Assembly: GCA_965208325.1 (NCBI GenBank)
Contig: OZ242326.1
Span: forward strand, 2,432,001-2,496,000
Length of the DNA stretch: 64,000 nucleotides
Direction of reading: 5' to 3'
Origin: Candidatus Poribacteria bacterium
Lineage (GTDB): Bacteria; Poribacteria; WGA-4E; PCPOR2b
Shown: positions 48,956-58,215 of the stretch, piece by piece
Layout of the letters: each line of letters opens with the position of its first letter
How positions within the stretch are numbered: the stretch's first letter is position 1
Program-made: the position numbers and the translations under genes
The notes under the pieces: model-generated
Databases searched by the model: none
The model's input: the letters and a program-made list of their open reading frames with translations, nothing else
Told to the model about the DNA's origin: nothing

Positions 48956-50260
48956 ATGTTAAAAATTTTTGAAGCCCATACCGAAGAAGCGCAAGCCTTC
49001 ATCAATCGGTTAAACCTGCGCGGACGACTCGACGATGAAGTAATTTTGAAAACGGTACGCCGCATATTACAAGATGTTCGTAAAAATGGGGACGCCGCCG
49101 TAATCAAGTATACACGAAGGTTCGATGCACCGAGAATATCCGCAAAAGAGCTGCGGGTAAAAGCAAAAGAATTCAACGACGCACAGTCGCATGTCGATCC
49201 GGAATTCATTGATGCGGTCAGGCTCGCCCGGCAGAATATCGAAAGATTTCATCGGAAGCAGTTACGAAATTCATGGTTCACCGCCGAAGAAAACGGTGTC
49301 CTTTTAGGGCATATGATTCGCCCATTGAGGCGTGTCGGCGTATGTGTACCTTCGGTAAGTCAGCTATTGGTTTCGTCGCTCATTATGAACGTGGTTCCGG
49401 CAAAGGTTGCCGGCGTTGAAGAGATTGCCGTATTCATGGGCCCCATGCGAAATCGAAAGATTAATCCGCACATGCTTGTTGCCGCGGCAGAATGCGGCGT
49501 TCAGGAGGTTTACAAGTGCGGCGGCGCCCAAGCTGTCGCTGCAATGGCTTACGGAACGGAATCTTTGCCAAAAGTGGACAAGATTGTCGGGCCGGGAAAC
49601 TCGTTTGTCCAACTCGCCAAGAAAGAGGTCTACGGTATGGTCGACATTGACAAATTGGCGGGGCCGAGTGAAGTCCTCGTTATCGCCGACCAGAGCGCTG
49701 AACCGGCTTTCATCGCAGCAGATTTAATCTCTCAGGCAGAACACAGTGAAGATAGCTCCGCGATTCTTGTGACGCCGTCAAGAACACTCGCAGAACAGGT
49801 TCGAAAAGAGGTTGAATTGCAGACGAAAGCACTGCCGCGCCAGTCTGAACTTACAAGCGCGTTTGAGAACCACAGCGCCGCGCTGGTCGTCCCCGATCTG
49901 GCGGAAGCAATCAATCTGACAAATGCAATCGCTCCTGAACACGTTGAGTTGGAAGTGGAACGCCCATTCGAGTGGATTGGTGAAATTCGCAATGCGGGCG
50001 CAATTTTGGTGGGGCCTTACACACCGGAATCCGTTGGCGATTATATCGCAGGACCCAATCACATTCTTCCGACAGGGGGTGCGGCGCGATACGCATCACC
50101 GTTGAACGTCGACGATTTTCTTAAGAAGACCAGCGTCATCTCTTATACCGAGTCGGCTCTAAAAAAGGTGACCCCCGCCGTGGTCAAACTGGCGCAGGTG
50201 GAAGGGTTGGACGGACATGCAGCCGCGATGACAACCCGGTTTGATAGAAATCAGGAATAA
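48956..50260 (+). CDS. hisD: Histidinol dehydrogenase
   Basis: GGAQAVAAMAYGT, DKIVGPGN, AGPSEV, DLISQAEH, APEH, GDYIAGPNHILPTGG. Confidence 0.96.
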   Translation: MLKIFEAHTEEAQAFINRLNLRGRLDDEVILKTVRRILQDVRKNGDAAVIKYTRRFDAPRISAKELRVKAKEFNDAQSHVDPEFIDAVRLARQNIERFHRKQLRNSWFTAEENGVLLGHMIRPLRRVGVCVPSVSQLLVSSLIMNVVPAKVAGVEEIAVFMGPMRNRKINPHMLVAAAECGVQEVYKCGGAQAVAAMAYGTESLPKVDKIVGPGNSFVQLAKKEVYGMVDIDKLAGPSEVLVIADQSAEPAFIAADLISQAEHSEDSSAILVTPSRTLAEQVRKEVELQTKALPRQSELTSAFENHSAALVVPDLAEAINLTNAIAPEHVELEVERPFEWIGEIRNAGAILVGPYTPESVGDYIAGPNHILPTGGAARYASPLNVDDFLKKTSVISYTESALKKVTPAVVKLAQVEGLDGHAAAMTTRFDRNQE

Positions 50261-50334
50261 GTAAATCTTGCAATCACCAGCGATGGTGTGACCTCTGCAT
50301 TTTCGCGGACGCGGTTTGCACAGCGCCGTTTTTG

Positions 50335-51558
50335 CTATTCCACGATTGCCGTCACGACCCCAATGCCAAGCTTCACTCCCATCTTCTTGAGGTCAAACCT
50401 CGCACCTACGGATAATGCCATAGGGGTGTCAAGCGTGATTTTTACTGTCGTGTATTCACCGGGGTTAATAACAGCAACGTCCGGCGGCAAGCGTAGATGT
50501 CCGGTAATGTCGATAGTCCAGAGATGGATGTCCGGTTTATCATTTTCTACAAGCGGGATGTGAACGCCGCATTCCTCTTGAGTCATGACATAAACCGCAG
50601 CTTCAAAAACAGTATGCGACTTCATGCTCTTCGGATCGGATACAACCTGCCCGGGCGAAAGCCAGCCCGGTTCCGAATCAACCTGAATGACCTCTTGGTT
50701 TTCAACCGATTGATCGGTCTGTCCATTGCGCGGCGAAAGGGAAAGTTCTGCATGGGAACGCATGGCTACACAACGCGTTTTGATGAGATTTCCCTTGCCG
50801 ACGATATGTACTGAATGGCCCACTGCAAGTCTGCCTTGAAAAATCTCTCCATGAAGTGTTGACATACCGGTTTTCGGATCATCGGTCACTTCTCGAATCG
50901 GAAAAATCAGCGGCAGATCTGAGGTGTTTATCGGTTGCGGAATGCAACGGTTCAGTGCAAAGATAAGGTCCACAATTGGTTTCCAGTCACCGGAACTCGG
51001 ATTATTCCCGTTATATCTTAAAGCTCTCTCGGCATCTCCAATGATTATCGGGGATCTGGCTTCTACATAGCCATAAGCGGTTAGCGTTTCGCGAATCTCC
51101 ATTTGACAGATTTCGATTAGCTCCGGGTCTTTGAGAAGCTCAGCTTTGTTTAGAAACGCAATCACCGCCGGTATTCGGGTTTGGCTTGCAAGGCGAATCT
51201 GCGATTGTGTTTCAGTCGTCACGCCGTCAATCGCACTCACAACTAGAATCGCTCCTCCAACTTTCGGTGAACCGCTTATCAGCATCTTGACGTTATCCGC
51301 GTGGCTGGTTGCGTCGATGTGCGTGTAATGCCTGCCGCTTGTCTCATAGTCAACTGCTTTATAACTAACGCCTAACCGCCCCCCGATTGAGTGGTGAATC
51401 GGTTGTTGTGCATCCAGATCAGGCGCCAGAGATTGTGTCGAGCCAACCTTTGATACCACGTTTATGGCAGCAGCGGTCAGGGTTGTTTTGCCGTGACCCG
51501 CGCCCCCAAGTGTACAAATTGTCGATACTTGATGCCGGTGGTGCTTTTTTGTCTCCAT
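50335..51558 (-). CDS. Highly divergent EF-Tu paralogue (all three domains present)
   Basis: GHGKTTLTAA, YETSGRHYTHID, GAILVVSAIDG, FLNK, GQVV, HTVFEAAVYV, GIGVV are colinear with EF-Tu; G2-G5 motifs altered. Confidence 0.85.
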   Translation of the reverse strand: METKKHHRHQVSTICTLGGAGHGKTTLTAAAINVVSKVGSTQSLAPDLDAQQPIHHSIGGRLGVSYKAVDYETSGRHYTHIDATSHADNVKMLISGSPKVGGAILVVSAIDGVTTETQSQIRLASQTRIPAVIAFLNKAELLKDPELIEICQMEIRETLTAYGYVEARSPIIIGDAERALRYNGNNPSSGDWKPIVDLIFALNRCIPQPINTSDLPLIFPIREVTDDPKTGMSTLHGEIFQGRLAVGHSVHIVGKGNLIKTRCVAMRSHAELSLSPRNGQTDQSVENQEVIQVDSEPGWLSPGQVVSDPKSMKSHTVFEAAVYVMTQEECGVHIPLVENDKPDIHLWTIDITGHLRLPPDVAVINPGEYTTVKITLDTPMALSVGARFDLKKMGVKLGIGVVTAIVE

Positions 51559-51808
51559 ATGGCTATCCTCTCATAACAAACCGTGAAACCAATATAGATG
51601 ACGTGCGGTTGGATAGTTAATTGGCATGTTCCTTCGCGGAACATGTGTTACCGGTGATTCTTCGTATCTCTCTCATTTGGTTGCCTTATTTTTGTCCTTA
51701 GGTAGTTCTCTCTACGGTTAGCAATGATGGTCTGTAGTTTACCAGAGATAACAGTGGACATCAATCACAATCAACCGTTTGCAGGTATTCCGGGCGGACG
51801 GATTTTTA

Positions 51809-51837
51809 TTGACATTGCCCAAAAATATTGTTATTAT
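51809..51837 (+). promoter_or_regulatory. Sigma70-type promoter
   Basis: TTGACA-N17-TATTAT upstream of the S55 peptidase. Confidence 0.6.
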
Positions 51838-51956
51838 TCGCAAGTTGTGTCTTGGCAACTACGATTCAAATGGGATTTGAATTTTCCATCAAATGAATGA
51901 TTTAGAACGGCCTTATTCGATTCTACGAATTGCAGATTGAATATTGAGGTGATAGT

Positions 51957-53810
51957 TTGAGGAAGTTTTTTTGTTGGCTGATAATAGGTGCATTCTGCTC
52001 GATTGTAATGCACGCGGCAGCGGAAATTAAGTGGGACGCGGCGAAATTTATGCCCTTGTCAGAAATTAAACCGGGCATGAAAGGAGAAGCATACACCGTT
52101 TTTTCGGGAACAACTGTCGAAAGTTTTCCCTTTGAAGTTGTGACCATAGAATACAATTTTTTGCCGCAGTGGCACGTGATATGGGTTGAAGCGAGTGGAA
52201 ATAATTACGAGAAGACCGGTGCGGCCGGCGGCATGAGCGGCAGCCCGGGTTATATCAACGGACGACTAATCGGCGCCCTTTCCCTCGGTTACTTTTACCA
52301 GCGGGAAGATTCAAACCTCGTCGGCTTTACGCCCATTGAATCTATGATAGAGGTAACGCGGCGCGGTATGCAACCGAATATGAGCTATTCCGGAGGCGCA
52401 CGTTTTGACGTTGGCATACATACCGCCTGGAAGCCGTTCGAGCCATTGCCTTCAGTTTCCAATGAGTTCTTTAATACTAAGGAGTTTGTGGAGACTCGCC
52501 CCATTCCGACGGTAGAAAGCGGTTCACCTCTGCTTCAGATTCCGATGGCGTTGTCTACGATGAATCCTCAAGTATTAGGATTCCTTAAACCGATGTTTGA
52601 CAAACATGGACTGATGCCAATGCGTGGAACGGCTGGAGGAGCGCCAGTTGATAGCGCACCCATTGAGCCCGGCCAGATAGTCGGTATGGAATTTTCACGG
52701 GGAGATTTCACAGCTTTTGGTTACGGTACAATGACCTACATCGAAGGAAATCAGGTAATCGGTTTCGGTCATTCAATGTTTGGAGAAGGTCATGTAAATC
52801 TCCCGCTTTCTGGAGGGTATGTCCATTTTATTCTACCGAGTATTACTCGATCCTTCAAGGTCGCTTCCCCAACTAAACCGATAGGCACATTGGTGCAGGA
52901 TCGCCAAACAGCCATCGCGGGTTTAACCGGAGCACATCCCAGTTTTTTGCCGGTAAGCGCCAGCATTGAAACGACAGACGGGCAAACCCATCCAGTCCGG
53001 TATGAGGTGCTGCGCCATCGCGACTTATCAGCGGCACTCGCCATGACTGGAGTTTGGAATAGCATCAGTGCGCTTGAGATTGACAGCGGCGATCATACCA
53101 TCAACATAAATACGACAATTGCGCTCCAAGATCAGGCCAATCTCTCATCTCAAGAGATTGTGCGCAGCAATGTTTATTCATCCAGTTTTTCACCAGGGTT
53201 TTGGGCGTTTCAGGCTTTTTCCCCGTTAGCAAGTCTAATTGGTAATCAATATGAAAAGATTGTGGTTAAAGGCGTTACCGTTGACATCAAAATTGAGGAT
53301 AAGCGCAAAACGGCGGTTATTGAAGCAGTTCGGATTAATAAAAACCGGTATCGCCCGGGTGAGCAAATTGAGGTGATGGTGACCCTTCGCCCTTATCTTG
53401 AAGCGCCAATTATGCAAGTGGGGCACATCACAATTCCGGATGACGCCCCTGAAGGATTATCTACACTCCTTATTGCAAGCGCGGTGTCCCATGAAGCCTG
53501 GCAGCGAACCCGCGCGCCGCTGAACTACTACCCAAAAAATATCAATCAACTCATCCAACTATTGCAACACAACCCTAGCAATAATAATATTATACTTGAG
53601 ATTTTTATCCCGAAAATTGGCATGACTGTTCAAGGGCGGGAATTCCCGGAACTCCCTTTGTCTATGCTCTCGGTCATGAGTTCGCCCAGCCAGTCTGGTG
53701 AAGGAGGCTATACGCGCGGGACTACTTTGCATATTGAAGATGTCCCGACGAAGTACGTTATCTCTGGTGGACAATTTGTACGATTCACCGTAGACCGAAA
53801 CGCCCCATAG
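51957..53810 (+). CDS. SpoIVB-like peptidase S55 domain secreted protein
   Basis: IKPGMKG..TVFSGT, GMSGSPGYINGRLIGA, GTMTY..VIGFGHSM. Confidence 0.85.
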   Translation: MRKFFCWLIIGAFCSIVMHAAAEIKWDAAKFMPLSEIKPGMKGEAYTVFSGTTVESFPFEVVTIEYNFLPQWHVIWVEASGNNYEKTGAAGGMSGSPGYINGRLIGALSLGYFYQREDSNLVGFTPIESMIEVTRRGMQPNMSYSGGARFDVGIHTAWKPFEPLPSVSNEFFNTKEFVETRPIPTVESGSPLLQIPMALSTMNPQVLGFLKPMFDKHGLMPMRGTAGGAPVDSAPIEPGQIVGMEFSRGDFTAFGYGTMTYIEGNQVIGFGHSMFGEGHVNLPLSGGYVHFILPSITRSFKVASPTKPIGTLVQDRQTAIAGLTGAHPSFLPVSASIETTDGQTHPVRYEVLRHRDLSAALAMTGVWNSISALEIDSGDHTININTTIALQDQANLSSQEIVRSNVYSSSFSPGFWAFQAFSPLASLIGNQYEKIVVKGVTVDIKIEDKRKTAVIEAVRINKNRYRPGEQIEVMVTLRPYLEAPIMQVGHITIPDDAPEGLSTLLIASAVSHEAWQRTRAPLNYYPKNINQLIQLLQHNPSNNNIILEIFIPKIGMTVQGREFPELPLSMLSVMSSPSQSGEGGYTRGTTLHIEDVPTKYVISGGQFVRFTVDRNAP

Positions 53811-53856
53811 TACATTGCCAATCTTCAATTAGCCATTAAGAGGAGGAAGTTTCTTC

Positions 53857-55935
53857 ATGAGGCATTATCGTGTTCTTTGTCTGTTGGGTTTCATAGCCAT
53901 ACTATTGGTTGCCGCAATCGGATCGGCGTTTGCAGTGAAAACGTCCGTTTGGGAACAATACCGCCATCGTGATTTTGAAGCCGGTACCGGTAAAGATGTA
54001 TCGATTTCAAGCAAAAACGAAGTCGTTTTGTCCCCTAAACTGGACGCTGTTTTCACAGATATAGAGCAAATATACATTTGGTGTCTAGCCGAGGATTCTA
54101 AAGGAAACATCTACGCGGGTACTGGCAATCAGGGGAAAATTTATAAGATTAATCCCGAAGGTCAATCATCGCTCTTTTACGACTCGCCAGAGGTCGCAAT
54201 CTTGAGTCTTGCAGTAGACACAAATGATAACATTTATGCTGGAACCGCCCCTGATGGCTTAATATATAAAATTTCGCAAGAAGGTGTTCCACCAAATACG
54301 CTTCTTAGTTCCGAGGAAAAATTCGTTTTTGCGCTGACGTTTGATGATGCCGGAAATCTTTATGCAGCGACGGGAACAAACGGCAAGATTTACAAAATCA
54401 CGCCTGAGGGTGAAAACAGCGTCCTGTTTGATTCTGAAGAGAGTTCCATTATGTGCCTGCTGTACCACCAAGGCGCTCTGTACGCTGGAAGTGAGGGTAA
54501 AGGTGTCATTTACCGAATAACGCCCGATGGAGCGGTTTCAGTTGTATTTCAGACGGGACAAAAAGAGGTCCGCACGCTGGTTGTAAATACCCAAGGCACC
54601 ATTTACGCCGGTACCGTCACAACTTCTCCACCGAAGCCGGGCGCACCGCCAAGCAGCCCTCCTCCGCCAGGCGCGCCGCCCGAAGAAAAGAAGTCACAGC
54701 TTTATCAGATTAATTCTGACGGCGTGGTCTCCGTGATTTGGGCGGCACCAGCCCCATTGATTCTGTCAATGGTTGTCGAAGCGGATAATCAACTCTTGGT
54801 TGGAACCGGGGACGAAGGAAAGATTTTTCGAGTCAATACGGAAGGGGACTTTACGTTATTGGGAAAATGCGATGCAAGTCAGATTCTTGCGATGCACCAA
54901 GGAAAAGATAGCAAACTTACCTTAGGAACAGGCAACCCCGGTAAATTCTTTGAACTGAAAGTCGATCGCAATTCATCGGGAACGCTTGAATCTGTAGCTC
55001 ATGATACGCGACTCATTTCGCGGTGGGGGAAATTATCGTGGGAAGGACTTTCGGCGGAAGGTACTTCAATATCGTTCGCTACGCGTACTGGCAATACCGG
55101 AAAGCCGGATAACACTTGGAGCAATTGGTCAAGCGAACTGACAATACCGGAAGGTTCTCAGATTACAAGTCCAACAGCACGATACATCCAATGGCGTGCA
55201 ACACTTACGACGAGCGCTCCGTCAACGACTCCAATCCTAAAAAGAGTAGCTGTTGCATCTGTCCAATCAAATGTCGAACCTCGATTTACTTCAGTTGAAA
55301 TTAATCGCGGTGATAAACCCAAAGGCTCCGGCAGACCCCCTGATGTAAGTCCACCGGGAGAAAACAGAGCCCAAAGCCAAGCTGAAAGCAACAATGGCAA
55401 ACGGCGGGCGTCATGGAAAGTAGAAGACGCGAACAATGATACCCTGCAGTTCACCATTTACTACAAAAGCATTGATGAGACTAATTGGAAACTTCTCAAA
55501 AAGAAACTGGATCAGCCCAACTACACTTGGGATACGACATCAATGCCCGATGGACGCTACACCCTGAAAATTCAAGCGACGGACAAGCTAAGCAACCCGC
55601 CTAACTTAGCAAAAATTTCTGAGAAAATCAGCGATCCCTTTGACATTGATAATACACAGCCAGCAGTAGGCAATATCGCTGCGACCGCCAATGGAGATGA
55701 TACATTTCAAATCGTTTGTTCGGTTGAGGACGCGATGAGTTATATTCAAAAGGCGGTTTATAAAATCGACAACGATGAACATTGGAAGGTCATGTTTCCG
55801 GCGGATGGAATCTTTGATTCCAAACGGGAAGAACTTATGATTCAAACGGAGACACTGCCGGCCGGTGAACACACCATAACAATTCAGGCTACTGATGCAG
55901 AGGGAAACACGTCTGTTGGGCGGGGGAAGTTCTGA
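53857..55935 (+). CDS. Secreted beta-propeller + FnIII/Ig protein, partner of the S55 peptidase
   Basis: Repeated GNIYAGTGxxGKIYKI blades; RTGNT..PD..WSNWS..SPTARYIQWRA; WDTTSMPDGRY. Confidence 0.8.
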   Translation: MRHYRVLCLLGFIAILLVAAIGSAFAVKTSVWEQYRHRDFEAGTGKDVSISSKNEVVLSPKLDAVFTDIEQIYIWCLAEDSKGNIYAGTGNQGKIYKINPEGQSSLFYDSPEVAILSLAVDTNDNIYAGTAPDGLIYKISQEGVPPNTLLSSEEKFVFALTFDDAGNLYAATGTNGKIYKITPEGENSVLFDSEESSIMCLLYHQGALYAGSEGKGVIYRITPDGAVSVVFQTGQKEVRTLVVNTQGTIYAGTVTTSPPKPGAPPSSPPPPGAPPEEKKSQLYQINSDGVVSVIWAAPAPLILSMVVEADNQLLVGTGDEGKIFRVNTEGDFTLLGKCDASQILAMHQGKDSKLTLGTGNPGKFFELKVDRNSSGTLESVAHDTRLISRWGKLSWEGLSAEGTSISFATRTGNTGKPDNTWSNWSSELTIPEGSQITSPTARYIQWRATLTTSAPSTTPILKRVAVASVQSNVEPRFTSVEINRGDKPKGSGRPPDVSPPGENRAQSQAESNNGKRRASWKVEDANNDTLQFTIYYKSIDETNWKLLKKKLDQPNYTWDTTSMPDGRYTLKIQATDKLSNPPNLAKISEKISDPFDIDNTQPAVGNIAATANGDDTFQIVCSVEDAMSYIQKAVYKIDNDEHWKVMFPADGIFDSKREELMIQTETLPAGEHTITIQATDAEGNTSVGRGKF

Positions 55936-56100
55936 GATTCATACTAACATAATCAAGCTCACGCCGCAGCGGGCGGAACGTAAGGTATTCCTTCCGCAAG
56001 CTTGAGAATGAGGAGTGCCTGCCTACATAGCTCTTACGAATATTGCCTCAGTCGGATTTGCCTCGATTCGCCACCCAAGCCGCAACAACGTCAGGCAACT

Positions 56101-57150
56101 TTAGGTCCTTGCAACATTAGGGCACAGGCAGATTTTTCCGAAGTTCTCTCGATTTTCAAGGATGCGATGCGCCTCTGCTGCCGCTTGTAACGGCAACACG
56201 CGGTCGACAATAGGAGATAACTTTCCGCCTTCTGCAAGACGAATGATTGTGCGCAGTTCAGATGTCGATCCTAACGCCGATCCAAGAATTGTCAATTGCC
56301 GCTGATAAATCTTGCGAATATTGATGCGTGCGATATTTCCCGTCGTAACGCCGCACGTAACAAGCCGCCCATTTTTCGCAAGACTCGCCATACTCTCCTC
56401 CCATGTCGCCGATCCAACATGCTCAAACACAATGTCAACACCTCGATTATCTGTCATTTCCCGGACGGCTTTACTAAAATCGGTTTGTGTATAGTTAATC
56501 GTAAAATCTGCTCCCATCTGCCGCGCGCGCTCGAGCTTTTCATCGGTGCTGGCTGTAGCAATAACGGCAACACCGCACAACTTGGAAATTTGCAGCGCTG
56601 CGCTGCCAACGCCGCTTCCGGCGGACAGAATAAGTACGCTTTCACCGGGCCGAATCTTCGCCCGACTGATTAGCATGTGCCATGCAGTAAGGTAAGCCGT
56701 TGGAATTGCGGAAGCGTGCGAGTAGGAGAACTCTGATGAGATTGGAATCACATTTTTGGCGGGGGATTTGACATATTCTGCATAGCCGCCATTGGATTGA
56801 AAACCCAAAATTTCTTGGAAGTCACACATGTTTTCATCGCCGTTGAGACAATCGCTGCACTCGCCGCAAGAGATGCATGGAGACAAAACAACACGATCAC
56901 CGACAGCAACATTGCGGACATCTGAACCTACCTCGACCACGTCGCCGGCAATGTCCGATCCAAGAATGTGCGGGAACGGCTGAACCTCCGGACGATCGCG
57001 GCGCACGGATATGTCGAGGTAATTCACCGCGCATGCTTTGACTTCAACCAATACTTCTGATGGGGCGATGACCGGAACAGGAACATCTTCATAAAGAAGT
57101 TTGTCTATGCCGCCCTGTTCGTGAAAAACGACTGCTTTCATATCGATCAT
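56101..57150 (-). CDS. Zinc-binding medium-chain dehydrogenase/reductase
   Basis: PHILGSDIAG, CGECSDC..C structural Zn loop, AGSGVGSAA, FGKICL. Confidence 0.9.
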   Translation of the reverse strand: MIDMKAVVFHEQGGIDKLLYEDVPVPVIAPSEVLVEVKACAVNYLDISVRRDRPEVQPFPHILGSDIAGDVVEVGSDVRNVAVGDRVVLSPCISCGECSDCLNGDENMCDFQEILGFQSNGGYAEYVKSPAKNVIPISSEFSYSHASAIPTAYLTAWHMLISRAKIRPGESVLILSAGSGVGSAALQISKLCGVAVIATASTDEKLERARQMGADFTINYTQTDFSKAVREMTDNRGVDIVFEHVGSATWEESMASLAKNGRLVTCGVTTGNIARINIRKIYQRQLTILGSALGSTSELRTIIRLAEGGKLSPIVDRVLPLQAAAEAHRILENRENFGKICLCPNVART

Positions 57151-57153
57151 TCA

Positions 57154-57969
57154 TCAACCATATGCCCCGCGCTCAAGGAAACCGAGGAGACGGCGCAGCC
57201 GAGGATTTGCATCTGAGTAGATATGCTCAGGCATGGTGTAATTCATAAACGGGTAATATTTGTGTCCAATCATTCGCCGGGCATAAGTAACCTGTGTGAT
57301 GTAGCGTGTCCGTTCACTTTGATTTGGCCCCCCGCGATGGCAAACTTGGTTGTTGAACATCACTACGCTGCCAGCTGCTCCTAGATTGTAGTGAATCCGA
57401 CTTTCCCATTCCGTGCCTTCCAACGCGGCAGGCAGCTGGGCGCCAAGCAGATGGGAACCTGGAATTACCTCTGTGCCGCCGTATTCTTTTGCGGTAACAT
57501 CAGTCAAATAGTAATTTGCCGTAAAAAAAAGGACTGGCAGGTGCACGTTCGTTGGCGGCTCACCGTCATTGACAACATAGTGGGGAGCGTCGTCCTGATG
57601 CCAGTTCGTAATACCGCCCCCCGGAAGGCATCGAAAAGAATTATTGTGGATGACGTGACAGTTGGCAGCAACAAGCGCCTCGGCAAAACTAACAATGGGC
57701 TCAAGATCGAACAACCTGAGATTGGCTTGACTGTGTTCGAACATCCGGTGGCACAGTTGGATTGTCTCGCTAGTGATGTTAAGGCCGTCCGGGTTTTCTT
57801 GCAGCGCCCAGTCTAAATCTTTGCGCAACTCGGCGCACCACTCTGGCGGCAATACATTCTCAATAAACAAAAATCCGTTTCGGTGGAACTTTTCAACCCA
57901 TTCCTGAATCTTTTCCTCACTGACAATTTGGTTGGCTAAGTATGTTTCAGGCTCTGAAATTGCGCGCAT
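57154..57969 (-). CDS. Phytanoyl-CoA dioxygenase (PhyH) family Fe/2OG enzyme
   Basis: WHQD, GGTEVIPGSH, GSVVMFN..HRG.N.S..R. Confidence 0.9.
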   Translation of the reverse strand: MRAISEPETYLANQIVSEEKIQEWVEKFHRNGFLFIENVLPPEWCAELRKDLDWALQENPDGLNITSETIQLCHRMFEHSQANLRLFDLEPIVSFAEALVAANCHVIHNNSFRCLPGGGITNWHQDDAPHYVVNDGEPPTNVHLPVLFFTANYYLTDVTAKEYGGTEVIPGSHLLGAQLPAALEGTEWESRIHYNLGAAGSVVMFNNQVCHRGGPNQSERTRYITQVTYARRMIGHKYYPFMNYTMPEHIYSDANPRLRRLLGFLERGAYG

Positions 57970-58215
57970 TTGAGATTCCCTTATCCGAATTGGATATGAT
58001 TGTGTGCTAAATCTGGCAGGCTAGGGTTTGGGTAATGAGTTGAGAATCGGCATTAAACCCGACTTCGTGCGCCAAGAGGATACCATCAGATCCGGAAAAA
58101 TTCAACAGATTTAATGATTTAAGCGAGACGCTATTCAATAAACAATCTGTCTTTCTCATCGTCTTATAAAAGCAAGTGCACCAAGATCCATTTACGTCGA
58201 CGAAGGAATCGAACG

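Noticed and set aside
50335..51558. Calling this gene tuf, selB or cysN
   Set aside because: GTPase and aa-tRNA motifs are too degenerate for tuf; no SelB winged-helix extension or CysN motifs
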